64,000 nt of DNA from Raillietiella orientalis. Lineage: Eukaryota. Of the stretch, positions 25,601 to 37,600 are shown piece by piece. The first letter of the stretch is position 1, and each line of letters opens with the position of its first letter. The notes beneath the pieces are model-generated. The model made no database searches and was not told where the DNA came from. It saw only the letters and a list, made by a program, of their open reading frames with translations. The DNA is taken from positions 2,852,001 to 2,916,000 of the forward strand of contig JAYWIR010000005.1 of NCBI GenBank assembly GCA_036172245.1, read 5' to 3'. Both the position numbers and the translations under genes were made by a program.

Positions 25601-28600
25601 GATGCTGACGCAAAATTATCTGGAGTCTCCGTTCTCAGTAAGTCTTTCAATAGTTCATTCAAATTCGTTTCCTCCGCTATGAGCGAATCTCTTGTCTTCA
25701 TGGAGACGGTTGCCGTTTTCTGCTCCGGAGCCTTGCTGACCAGAGATGCTTCGAGATCGTGGCTGATGACCTCTGATGCAAGTACACTCTGGAGTTCCTC
25801 AGAAAACAGACTGATGGACTGACTGACTTCGTGCGCCTTCTTTATGAGTGTATCTTCACTCTCATTGACTCCTATGGAAAAGGACTCGGCCAAAATCAAG
25901 GGCGCATAGCTCGATGCTGACGCAAAATTATCTGGAGTCTCCGTTCTCAGTAAGTCTTTCAATAGTTCATTCAAAGTCGTTTCCTCCGCTATGAGAGAAT
26001 CTCTTGTCTTCATGGAGACGGTTGCCGTTTTCTGCTCCGGAGCCTTGCTGACCAGAGATGCTTCGAGATCGTGGCTGATGACCTCTGATGCAAGCACACT
26101 CTGGAGTTCCTCAGAAAACCGACTGATGGACTGACTGACTTCGTGCGCCTTCTTTATGAGTGTATCTTCACTCTCGTTGACTCCTATGGAAAAGGACTGG
26201 GCCAAAATCAAGGGCACATAGCTCGATGCTGACGCAAAATTATCTGGAGTCTCCGTTCTCAGTAAGTCTTTCAATAGTTCATTCAAAGTCGTTTCCTCCG
26301 CTATGAGAGAATCTCTTGTCTTCATGGAGACGGTTGCCGTTTTCTGCTCCGGAGCCTTGCTGACCAGAGATGCTTCGAGATCGTGGCTGATGACCTCTGA
26401 TGCAAGCACACTCTGGAGTTCCTCAGAAAACCGACTGATGGACTGACTGACTTCGTGCGCCTTCTTTATGAGTGTATCTTCACTCTCGTTGACTCCTATG
26501 GAAAAGGACTGGGCCAAAATCAAGGGCACATAGCTCGATGCTGACGCAAAATTATCTGGAGTCTCCGTTCTCAGTAAGTCTTTCAATAGTTCATTCAAAG
26601 TCGTTTCCTCCGCTATGAGAGAATCTCTTGTCTTCATGGAGACGGTTGCCGTTTTCTGCTCCGGAGCCTTGCTGACCAGAGATGCTTCGAGATCGTGGCT
26701 GATGACCTCTGATGCAAGCACACTCTGGAGTTCCTCAGAAAACAGACTGATGGACTGACTGACTTCGTGCGCCTTCTTTATGAGTGTATCTTCACTCTCG
26801 TTGACTCCTATGGAAAAGGACTCGGCCAAAAGCAAAGGCGCATAGAGGGATGCTGATGTGGTGTCTGCTGTAGACGAAAGTAGCTTCAACTCGTCATATC
26901 TTTCATTCCAGGTTTGTTCCTTGATCTCATAAGACTCTATTGGTTTGAGAGATATGGAAGCTCTTTGATACTGCCTTATTTCGTTTATAAATTCGTTTTC
27001 CTGTTCGCTGGGGGTGACCACTGATAGGATTAAACTTTCCTTCCTATTCAGTGGAGTGATGACGTCAAAATCTTGGATAGTGTCCTCCTCTTTGAGTGAC
27101 TCTTCTTTGTGTATGATTTCCGTAATGAATGTTTCGGCTGCGCTTAGATGACCGTATTGTGTTTTGTCGGTAAACACTTGTAATGAACCCTGGTCATATC
27201 TCTGTTCGCAGGCTTGCTCCGTCATTTCATAGAAGTCGGTTGGTTTGACCGTAAAGAAGGCGCCCGTATCTCGCTCGGGAATTTTGAAGGGCGTTTCTCT
27301 TTCGTGGATCACGAGCTCCGAAAGCGAGACACTGTCTCTCTTCGGTATCAGCAGATCGGCACTGTATCGTTTCGAGGCCTTTATGTCCTCGAACAGCTCC
27401 TCTTTTTCTCCTGACCATGTCGTTCTTCCTTCTGCTAGAACGAATGTGGAGTCATGCAATTTGGATGACGAGTAAAGCTCGACAGTGCTGGAGGGCAAGG
27501 CCTCGTATGTTTCGGAAATTTCACCCTCAGTGATGTGGAAAGTTTCGGAAGATCTGACAGAAACTTCTGCTTTCTGAGTTTGCAACGACTCTCTTGCCAA
27601 GTGTGCCTCTTGTTCTTCGATGGTAACTTCTGATACGCTGATCCCGTACTTGTTGTCCACGCTCTCGATGGCATGACGCTCGACTTCTTCCCATGCAGTT
27701 GATATCAGCAGCTCCTTCTCAGAAACGCTCGGATAAAAGCTCTCTATGGAATAAAATCCTGGAAGCAAAGTCTCTGTTCTTTCAGTAATGGATTCAAAAG
27801 ATGGCATCTCGAGCTCGCGTTCATGAAAAATGGTCTCATCGATGGTCACACTGCTTTGAGGAAACAGTGCTAGCTGAGCAGGGGAACCTTTAGGAAGGAT
27901 CCTCTCACTCTTCTGGCTAGGAGCAAGGTCTTCTTGTATGATAAGCTCTGAAGTGACTACAGAATGCAGTTCCTTAAGGTCGATGGAAACTGTGGATGGC
28001 TGACTACTTTCAGCAGCTATCAGGTTTTCCCTTTCATTGGATAGAGTCTCGAAAACAGAAACACCTTGATTCACAAGAAAATCAGGTGACACTTCCAGCG
28101 GAGAAGGAAGCACTTCCGTTTCCAGTTTGGATTCTTTTTCTGCAATCAAGATATCTCCAACCTGCAATGGCACTGACAAAGCGTCTGCTATCTTGCGGAA
28201 AGGAACATTTTCACTCGGAAAAACACGTGCGAAAAGGTCCTCTTCTTTCTCCATCATGAAGATCACATTCTCCGTGTGATGCATTCGTTGCTGTTCCCTC
28301 GCAGGAGAAGAAGTGGCTGTCTTAGATGTGGCAGGCGAAAGTGCTTCACTGCTTTCGTGTATCGCTGTTTCCAACACGGAAAGGTGGAAACTCTGTCTGA
28401 CGTCCTCCCGCAAGTTTGCAACATCAGTTGGAAATATCGTGGGAGAGAATTCCTCAACCAACTGAAATTCTAGCGTTCCGGCCTCCTTCTTCGCCTGGAT
28501 ACTTCGTTTTCTTAGAAATTCAGTTTCTTCATCACAGATCTCTTTCAATACTGAAATACCATAAACTCATTAAAAAAGGCTCTTTAGCTTTGTTATGCCC

Positions 28601-31600
28601 AGCGTTTTCCTGGCCTTAGTAGAAGCAATCTTCTTAAATTTACTAGCAGTTGCAGTCAGCTGTGAAAGAGCTTGGGATATTCGAGTTGAATTAAAGAAGC
28701 CAATAAAGCAATTTGCCCACGTATATGCGTTAAACAGCAGCAGATGAAAAGCTTATGAAAGAACCCTTGTAAATATGAATAGAAAAACTGCATTTAGCAA
28801 AAAAGCATCCATGGAAACACAAGGATATAAGCGAATTTTTGGCGCTGCATCGTTTTAGCAACTTAAAGCCTTCTCCACTACGGCGTCATTTTCGGATGTG
28901 CATAAATTCGGATCTCGAGGATTACCTCAGTTGTGAATGCACAAGGAAAAAATGTGGCTTACAAACAGAAATTGAAATCTTGGCAGCAAAAGCTATGACC
29001 CGTAATTTTTAGAGGTGTTTTTTTTGACGCATGGAACATGCTTTTCTGTTTTTTCGAATCATCCTTTTGCATGCTAAAAGGTTTCTATCCTGAATAAGTT
29101 CACGATTTTTCACGAGATCAGAATTTTTGTATCATTTGGTTTCCTTTCTTAAGAAAAGAAAATGGTAAAAACTGTGGAAGATGTCCCCTAACATTCATTG
29201 TATGTACTAAAATTGAATAAAGATACATTGTTTTGAGGAAAGAAAGCTCAGTTTTAGAATGTTCCGGGAATGTGACAAAACTGCTCTTTATATCTGGAGA
29301 AAGGCTCGAGTGCCTCCAATCAGGACTTTTCTTAAACTTCAGCACAAGCTCTTATACATTAATTCTGAAGCTGGTTGGCCTATTGGGTTACCATGGCATG
29401 AATCAAAAGTCCGTAAACCCATGGCAGCGAGTATTAACATGGCTCGGCGAGCAACAGCAGAAAACGCTTCCATGCCTCAGCAAAGCGTGCATAGCCCACA
29501 AGAGGTAAAGAAGAAGACAAACCTGTTTCTACTTGGGTGACATCTTCAAGCAGGTCCTTTTTCACTTCTTCAGGGTATCCTGAAAAATGAGACCATCAAA
29601 ACAACGGAAGAAGAATCACTGAAAGAAGTGCAATGAAAGCATCGAGTTTGCTAAGGCATCTCATCGAGCTAGAAGACATCGAATATACGAAAGATTTGAA
29701 GCCTCACGCGTTTCGCACTGGTCTGCGGGCAGTGCTGGACCGTCCGGAGTTTGCAAGACTTTTTCAGAGAGAGTCCGCCGAAACGTTACTGTCACAGCGG
29801 CTTCGTGCAACCGCGGGATATCAAACTCTTCGGGAATAAAAGGGAAATGCGGGGAAAGCCATGACTGAAAGTATCCTTCCTACCAGACCTTCGTTCAAAG
29901 CAACGTGGGGTTTCGTTAGATGAAGACAAAAAAAAAGAAACTGTGCCTCTACACATGCATCATACGTTCATCGCATTTACAATACTGTCGACTGCTGGAG
30001 ATGTTTACAAGCTGAATATCTATTTCGCAATTTGACCCTTTGGCTTCGTAGTTCTATTGAACTGCATTATGAGGGTAATCAAACATTGAGCAAAGTTTTT
30101 GCGCAATATTTTCAACTATCGAGAAAGCAGACTGAAGAAAGAATGAACTAAAGAGCAATCCCCAGTGCTTTCCATTGCGTTGTGAGTGACAGTTGGTTTT
30201 CAAAATTGAAAGGTTTGATGATTTTAAAGACTCATCCGCAACGGAAGGTAGATGAACCTCAGGCATGGTTCCGACATTTACTCAAGAGACCATCCTATTT
30301 ATCAAAAGGGGATGGTCAACCAAGGGAATTCTGTCGTGAATTTGTGATTACAAGCACGCGATTCCAGTGCCGGCGAAGAACCGACTTCAGCTGCCCGTCT
30401 GGTTGAACACGGATTTACCATTTACGGAAGTTCTTCAAGGAAGCCTTCCAACTCCCAAGGGGAGCTGGAAAGCTTATTTGGTGTACTTTTCTGATGGTGG
30501 GAGATGGTTCGTCCATTTCGCAATATGCTGATGTATATGTGCTGGGGGTTCACATCGCTTAGCACGTTCGACGATTTGTCATGAGGTGGCTGTGAGAGAA
30601 CACCAATATTGGGTGCTAAAGGAACATGTCATGGTCAGATTGCGAGGTAAAAGAAAAAAAAAATGCCTTGCGATTAAGCGAATCCTTTATAAATTTCTAA
30701 CAGGGAAACATTTCCATTTTATCTCAATCATTATCCAGCTTCAAGATTCGAAGCATCGAAAATTTGATAGTATATACGTCATAGCCTTAAATTTTCCGGA
30801 GTGCACGGATTTTATTAGCGAATTTATTCACCAAATATCCTTGACAGTAAAACAGGAATCACAAACCTTTCTCCACTAGGGTGTCCAATTCACTTATGGA
30901 TTCTCTCCCTTTTACAGTTACTCCTGCGTCTTCGAAATGTATCGGTTTTATCTCAGCAACCTAAACAAAAGAGATTCCAGTGCTTTCAACATCGCTTTGA
31001 AACACTTTGTAATATTAGCAAATTTACATTCAAACTTCAGTTTTCCAAGGCGAAATATGTCTTAAGTTTCAGAAAATATTGTTTTCTTTTTTTAATCACA
31101 TGAAGAACATTCTTTTCCATTTCAGAAACCACAGAAATGTCTAAAAAAAAAATGCATCCGTATACCTCTAGGAACTGGGACTCTGCATGCGTATGAAGCT
31201 CAAGAGGTTTCTCCGAAACATCTTCGTAACCTAAAACATTGAGAAATTTGTGAATATTCCCGGGCAACCAGATGCCTTTGAGGTTTTTGAAAAAAAAAAA
31301 AAAGAAAAATCAAAGCATCCGCTCCCATGGAAGCGTACTTTCCAGTCGCGGCTCAATTGACAAGTGAGTGATTTCATTGATTTGCAGCTGAAGATCAGGA
31401 GATAATGTTTTCATTTTCAAACCCAAGAAGGGAAAGGAAAAGAAAAATTATCTCCGTTATGCAGGCAGCCTTGCTGAGAGGTTGCTGCACTTCTTTGGAC
31501 ATCTGTTTCTCTTGCGTTACAGATTATCGTCAAAACAGCATGGAGAGCTACTCCCCACTGCGAGAGCGGAAAGGACTACATGCATCATCGAAAAGCGGTT

Positions 31601-34600
31601 TCACTTAAAATCCCCTAAATAAACAAACAAAACTCTGATAGGGATTGCTCCCAACATATTCACTATGAGGAGCTCAGAGCTCTTGGATACAATGGATATT
31701 TTTGATGGGTATCCTTTCTAAGCAGCTGAAACAAGGAGTGCCTCTTCATTCACCTCTTATACTCAGCATTCCCGCCAGTTCAGCACGACATAAAAGAGAA
31801 TCTCTCCATTGTGGATGCGAAATTGTTCGATGCTCATATGTTTGATGTACTTATTACCTCAGCAAATACAGGACGTAAAGGAAAAAGTGGTGCACCGTGG
31901 TACCTCACGTTTTCTTGTACACTTGTCCACTTTGTCGAAGCAACACTTTGACAGGTTGGGCGAAATAAGATTGCACTGGCTACATGGAACAACGAGGTCA
32001 ATGCAATCTCGAATTGCATTGACCTCATTGTTTTATAAGAACAAAGAGATGGATATGAGAAAAGCTACTAGACTGGAAATTTGGTAGGAAATGTCGAACT
32101 CTCAAGTGTTCGTCGGAAGTTGCAGTTACTACCAAACGACCAAAGTGTGTTGCGCTTCAGGTTTTCCGAAGAGTATGAAGCAGAGTATGAAGCATGTGAG
32201 CAAAGCATGCTGGAGAAGTCTTCAAATAATCGTCAGATTGTCAAGAAGAAATTCAGCTTAAGGTTTCAGCGCCGCCGAACTTCCGTTGTGATCATTCATA
32301 AAGAAATTATAAAGTTAAAATTACTGTGGACTAATTTTCTAAACTCTTAAGAAGATTTACCTTCTGGGATGTCACGATATGACTCCTCTATAATGGTTTG
32401 AGCCACAATAGCGGTATGTCCCTCTTTCATAACGATTTCCACTAGCGGAAGTTGATACTGTGGTTGAGACAAAGTCGTAAAGATCCCTGCATCACACACG
32501 GTCAGAATTTCCTGGCAAGTGACACCTTCTTTAAGCATCAGCTGGATTTGAGAAATCTCCTTGAGATGCTCCTGTGTAACAAGTTCTTCCGAAAATTCTT
32601 TCAGCTTTTCTGGGAGGCTTGTTGTTGAGGTTTCGTACGCCATACGCAGAAAAGACTGAAAATTGGTACATCAGGTTAAATCATCCGGTCACCAAAGTTC
32701 TATTTACTTTCAATCCAATGGGCCGCTCCCTGCCTAATACAGAAGCAGTTTCGGTCAATACTTGGGTCACGATTGCCCGGTGTCCAGATTCCTCAACAAT
32801 CTTAATCAGCGTTTTTTGTGACTCGGGCATCTCGAGTGATGGAAATTCTCCAGCAGCAAAGAGTGCCACTATGTCTGTTCTGGAGATGTTTTCCTTCAGA
32901 AGCATGTCGATCTTCGCTATTTCCGTAGGGGAAACTTTCATCGTAGTGAATTCGTCAGCATTGAGCGAATCCAGTGCTTCTTTCACGGTAATGTGCTCCA
33001 TGGTTACCATGCGCAGCAACGCCTCCGCGCCGATGATCTGTGATAACTGGAATTCTTCACATTTCTGGTGGAACTGCTCCACGTCATGTATTTCTGCCGT
33101 CGATTCCCAAGAAGCATCCCTGTCTTCCATGGTCTCCGGCGATTCAATGACTCTGCCTGTCTGCACCAAGGGCGACACTATGGCTGAAACTTTCATCGCA
33201 GTTTCCGGGTGCAGGCAGCGTTGGGCCACAACCTGAGGTTGGAGGGAGACAAGAAATTTGGTTTACCACTGTTCCATTGCGGACCGATCATCGTCTTCAC
33301 AGGGCTCATCGCTTGAATGCGATGCTCCTCACGCGAATTCAAACAGCCGAGCAGCTTCACCATTCCTTCGCGCAAATTCAACAAGGCATGCACGCCATTC
33401 TCTCTTTCGTGGTTGACCTGCACCACACTAGTTACCTTTTTCAGTTTAGATGCTATCGGCAGCTTGTCTATGGTTTCCATTGGAATGGCTTCGGTAGTGG
33501 ACAGTTTTCCCTTTTTGGTAGGAGTCCACTTGTGGGATGATTTTTTCGGTTTGTCAGCTTCTTCTTCTGGCGCTTGGACTCGTTCTGGAGTTACCTCTTC
33601 TGATGGCTTCTTTGTGAGTTTAGAAATGAAGGTCCTTCCTCTTTCGGTGGGGATTTGCTCCTCGGGTTTCACTTCATGGTCGCGAGCAGGAACAGTAGGT
33701 CTCAAGGAAGCCTCCACCTTCTTCGAGTCCGGTTTGTCATCAGGCTTTCTGAACAGTTTCTTCACTCGTTTGTCTTTCAGAGACTTCAGAGTGCTTTGGA
33801 GGACCGACGTGAGCTTTTTCTCTTCGTCCACCAAACGCGCTGGCGATGTAATTCGAAGATGAGATCGATGGAGCCTTTTGTCTCTGAAGAGTAGACGGAT
33901 GAAACCTGATTCACAGACACCGGATATAAATCGCATATTTACTTTTCAGCAGAAGGAACAGCCATCTTCCTATCCTGATCAGCAACCGGAGTGTCATGAG
34001 TTTCTTTGAGAGTTGGTGCCTCTTTATCTACATCTGTTCGCTCTGCAGGAATCGGATGCTTCTCCCCAGGGAACTTCACCTCTTTCATCTTTTTATCCCT
34101 TATGGCCTTCAAGGTCGCTTTCAAGCCCGTTCTCAATCTTTCTTCGTCTTTTTCCGAAATCTGCAGGGTTGCCAGCTTTGGGATTAGAGTGTCGACTTCG
34201 TCCGGTTTCCTGAGGAAAAGACGGGGCGAGTTCAGTGCACCCGGGACTCGTGGAGGGAGGTGAAGGAAAGCGCTCGAAATCCCCGTGACCAACTTACTTC
34301 GGCTGACGAATCACGTCTTCCGCCCTTTCCTCCAGCAGGATTGCAGTGTCGGTGGTTTCCAAATACAGGTCGATGTACTCGCGAACCTCTTCCCGGACAC
34401 CTTCCTTCTCTCGGAGCCTCGACAGGTCTTGCCTCGTGCGTTTATCGAGGACGAGGCTCGTCTTCTTGGTTTTCTCATCGACTCTCGATTCGCCTCTCGC
34501 GCTGGTGAGCTCCCCCGTCGGCGCTTTCGTCTCCTTTTTCGTGTCTTTCCTGGAAAGGATCCGTTCGAGTTAATCAGCCGTCGCTGCAGGAAGACACGCG

Positions 34601-37600
34601 AACCTGGAGATTAGAGACACAGTCTCCTCCTCCTTCTCCACAGCGGACTTGGACACGTCATAGATCTCTACATAAGAGTCGATGTATCCAGAAGGAACCT
34701 TAGGACGCTCCTCTTCCGGATGAAGATCGGTCTTTGTTCCCGCTTTTCTGAAGATAAAAAGGGTTAAATGGAGGATACCACCAAGATTATTTTCCGTGGG
34801 ATGAAGTTTTTCCGTAGTTAGTCGCGGCAGCGTGAGGTCTTATAGGAAGAGACTTTTTCGGCTGGAGGTGACTGCTGTCACCTGCGACCGTGGCCTCTGT
34901 GCGAAGCCGAAGGCGTAAACGCACCCGAGAGCCACTTCGAGAACGCCGTTTGAAAATCGGCAGTAGCTGACTTGCACGTGACCGGGCAGCGTGCGCAGCG
35001 ACGGGGACTACGGAAGGAGGGCGAGGGGAATCGCTTGCGAAATCGGCACCTGATAAATTTTTCTTCCTCGACCTCCATCCTCAGGATCCGCTTGTCTTCG
35101 TGCTCCGTGAACGAGGCCATGTACCCGCGCGGCGCTTTCTTGGTCAGCTTCTGCTTGAGCTTTTCATCCTCCGTCAGTCGCAGCCTTCGAAACCAAGCAA
35201 AAAAAGAATCAGCGAGGAATTCGAAATGGGGGCGAGGGTGGGGGAAGGAGGTAGAAAAAAAGGAAGAAGAACAGAAACGGAGCAACAAGACCAAAAAAGG
35301 CCTTCCGCTTGAAACGTCCGAAATCGGAAAAGTTCTCCGGGCAGAGCAGCCACCTACTTTTCCTCGGTGCTTTTCTTGCGACGAACCTCCTTCCTTTCCT
35401 TCTTAAGTAGGGACTTTTCGTCCACCGATGAAACTTTCTGTTTGGGTTTCAAGCCCGCGGTGTCCTTAAGGGTGCTTTTCTTTTTCCTGGGGAGCAGAGA
35501 TGGACAGCATAGCAGAAAATCGCAGTCTCAGAGTCTTACTGTTGCTTGACGATGGTACACTCTTCTTCCACCTCCCTCTTCAGAATGTTGATGTCCTCAA
35601 CTTCCACGTACACATCTCTGTACTGCTTCTTTCCTTCCACTATCTTACGCTTCTTTGTCTCGGAGAAAGTGAGGGCTGGAATCGCGCAGTGGAGCTGCTG
35701 CTCCCCCTGATCCCGCCCTACCTTCGACTTCCAGCAGGCACCTGGACACTTCGCTGCCCACCTTATTCGATATCCTGCACGAGTATTCTCCGGCCAGAAC
35801 AGGAACCACGTGGACTATCGTCAGCGTGGATTTCCACTTGTCGTTTGCGACCACCATGTTCTCCGACCTCCTGAGCGGTCTGTTCTCGTGGTACCAACAC
35901 ACCTCTGATCACATGGTAAAAGATCGATTTCCATACAAAACTCAGTGGGTCGTGAGAGGGCAGGAAGCGGAGTTAAGGTATTTATCGATCGTGCTCATCC
36001 CTCAGCGCGGTCGGCATGCACGGAAGCTCCGTAAGCGTTAGCAACGAGTCTCATGTGGTTAGAAAAGTCCTCGACCCTGCATCCTCGCGTGCCATCGAAA
36101 TCATCTCTGCCTTGTTTCTGCAGCAGAAAGATGGTTAGCCACTTAGTATCTTGAAGGGGAAAGATTCATCCCCAAGGAGTGTCATGGGTGACATTGAATT
36201 GTTAGTCATCTGCACAGAAAAGATTCTCAAATTTTATTGGCATTCAACTTTGCATGCTTCAAGCGTTAGAAGTTGGCGCGCATCAGCTTCATTCCACATT
36301 GGAAGAATTCATTCTCTTCTAGGAGCGCACCTGGTCTGGGGTGCCCTTTGAATTCACAGAAGAATGTCGCTCGGTGACCCTGCTTTGTGGTGATGTTCTT
36401 CAGTGTTGTGGTGAACGATGGCCGTTCTGGGAAACAAAAAAAGAAAAAAGTGAGCCGAATGCATGGTTTCTGGTTTCCTGGAAGCAGGAAGAAAACTTGG
36501 AAGCTTTTAGGAAGGCATGGGCATCACCGAGGGATCTCAAAAAAATCTGAGCAGCGCAGCGGGCTGAAGACGAACCCTAAGGTCCGAAGAGACGGCAGGA
36601 GGAAGACCTCCGTCCGAAGGAGGGAAGCGACCGGACGGCGCATCGCCTCGGCGCATTCTCTGCGCTGCCCTGAGAGCCGTCGCTAAACAACGCCGACGTG
36701 CTCCCGAGATCAGCTCCGGTGGTAAGGATGCAGGCCCCTCCGAGTCCTCGGCTGCATCCTCCGGAAGCGGTACCCATCACTCCCGCTGAACGCTTGACGC
36801 TCAAGGAGGTTGCGCGATTCTGTCGGGAGAGGTTTGCTTCAAAGTCTGAAGCGGAAGTGCTGGGTGTGGTCGGCAAGCGGACCGAAGCAGCTGCGCGGAA
36901 ACTCGAGGAACGGTAGTGCCCCCTCTTCCAGCTCATCCGTGCCTTTTTTCTTTGGATGACGTTAGCAAATGGAAAGCACCCGCAAAGGAAATGTGGCGGC
37001 ACCTCAGCCTCGCCACGCATCCTGGGAAAAAGGTCTCTCCCAGCAGAGACGAAGGAATCCGCACGCGGTCTTCTATCCATGGATGTCCTCGAGAACGCCC
37101 GTGTGGAGGCAACCATCTTGCAACAGAAGCGTCTGAAGAATGGCAACCTTCTTTCGGCGTTCTAACAGCGAGAAAGGGCCTTCTCGCCCCGAGAAGTTTC
37201 CCTCTCTCCTTGTCCCTTCAGAGCCGCAAACCCCGTGCCGAGAGCTCTGCCACCCGGATGCCGGGTGGCTGCGCACTTCCTGGGAGACGCCATCCTACCC
37301 CATGTCGGTTCACGTCAGTCGCCGATAACCGAGATGGAACCCCGAACGCTTGATCGCCGTCTCCACCTGCCCGCAGGCAAAAAGGCCCCGACCGCTCGGA
37401 CAACGGCGCAGCTGAATTCTCAAAGACCAAGAGTGTCTCACCCCCTCACTGTGACCTACCGACGGGAAAGTGGAGCGCGCTGTCATTCCCAGTGATGACT
37501 CGGTGAAAGAGGAGCGGACCCTCCCCCCTACACGACGAAATCAAGAGTCCCGAGGGGCGTGCAGAAGTGGGGTGGGGGAGCCCTACTCACCGTCCGGAGT

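Noticed and set aside
14983..28548. 4521-aa ORF as a stand-alone intronless gene
   Set aside because: It starts at TTG right after a splice acceptor and has a strong donor at 15021, just before the hydrophobic tail MIFYCCIVICV. It behaves as an internal exon. Read-through termination cannot be excluded but has no support.
2547..28619. Numerous 60-140-aa plus-strand ORFs
   Set aside because: They are Ser/Phe-rich antisense shadows of Glu/Lys-rich coding sequence with no recognisable domains.
31612..31730. Possible extra small exon (GYPSKISIV...)
   Set aside because: The acceptors are weak or followed by in-frame stops, and I found no compatible donor.
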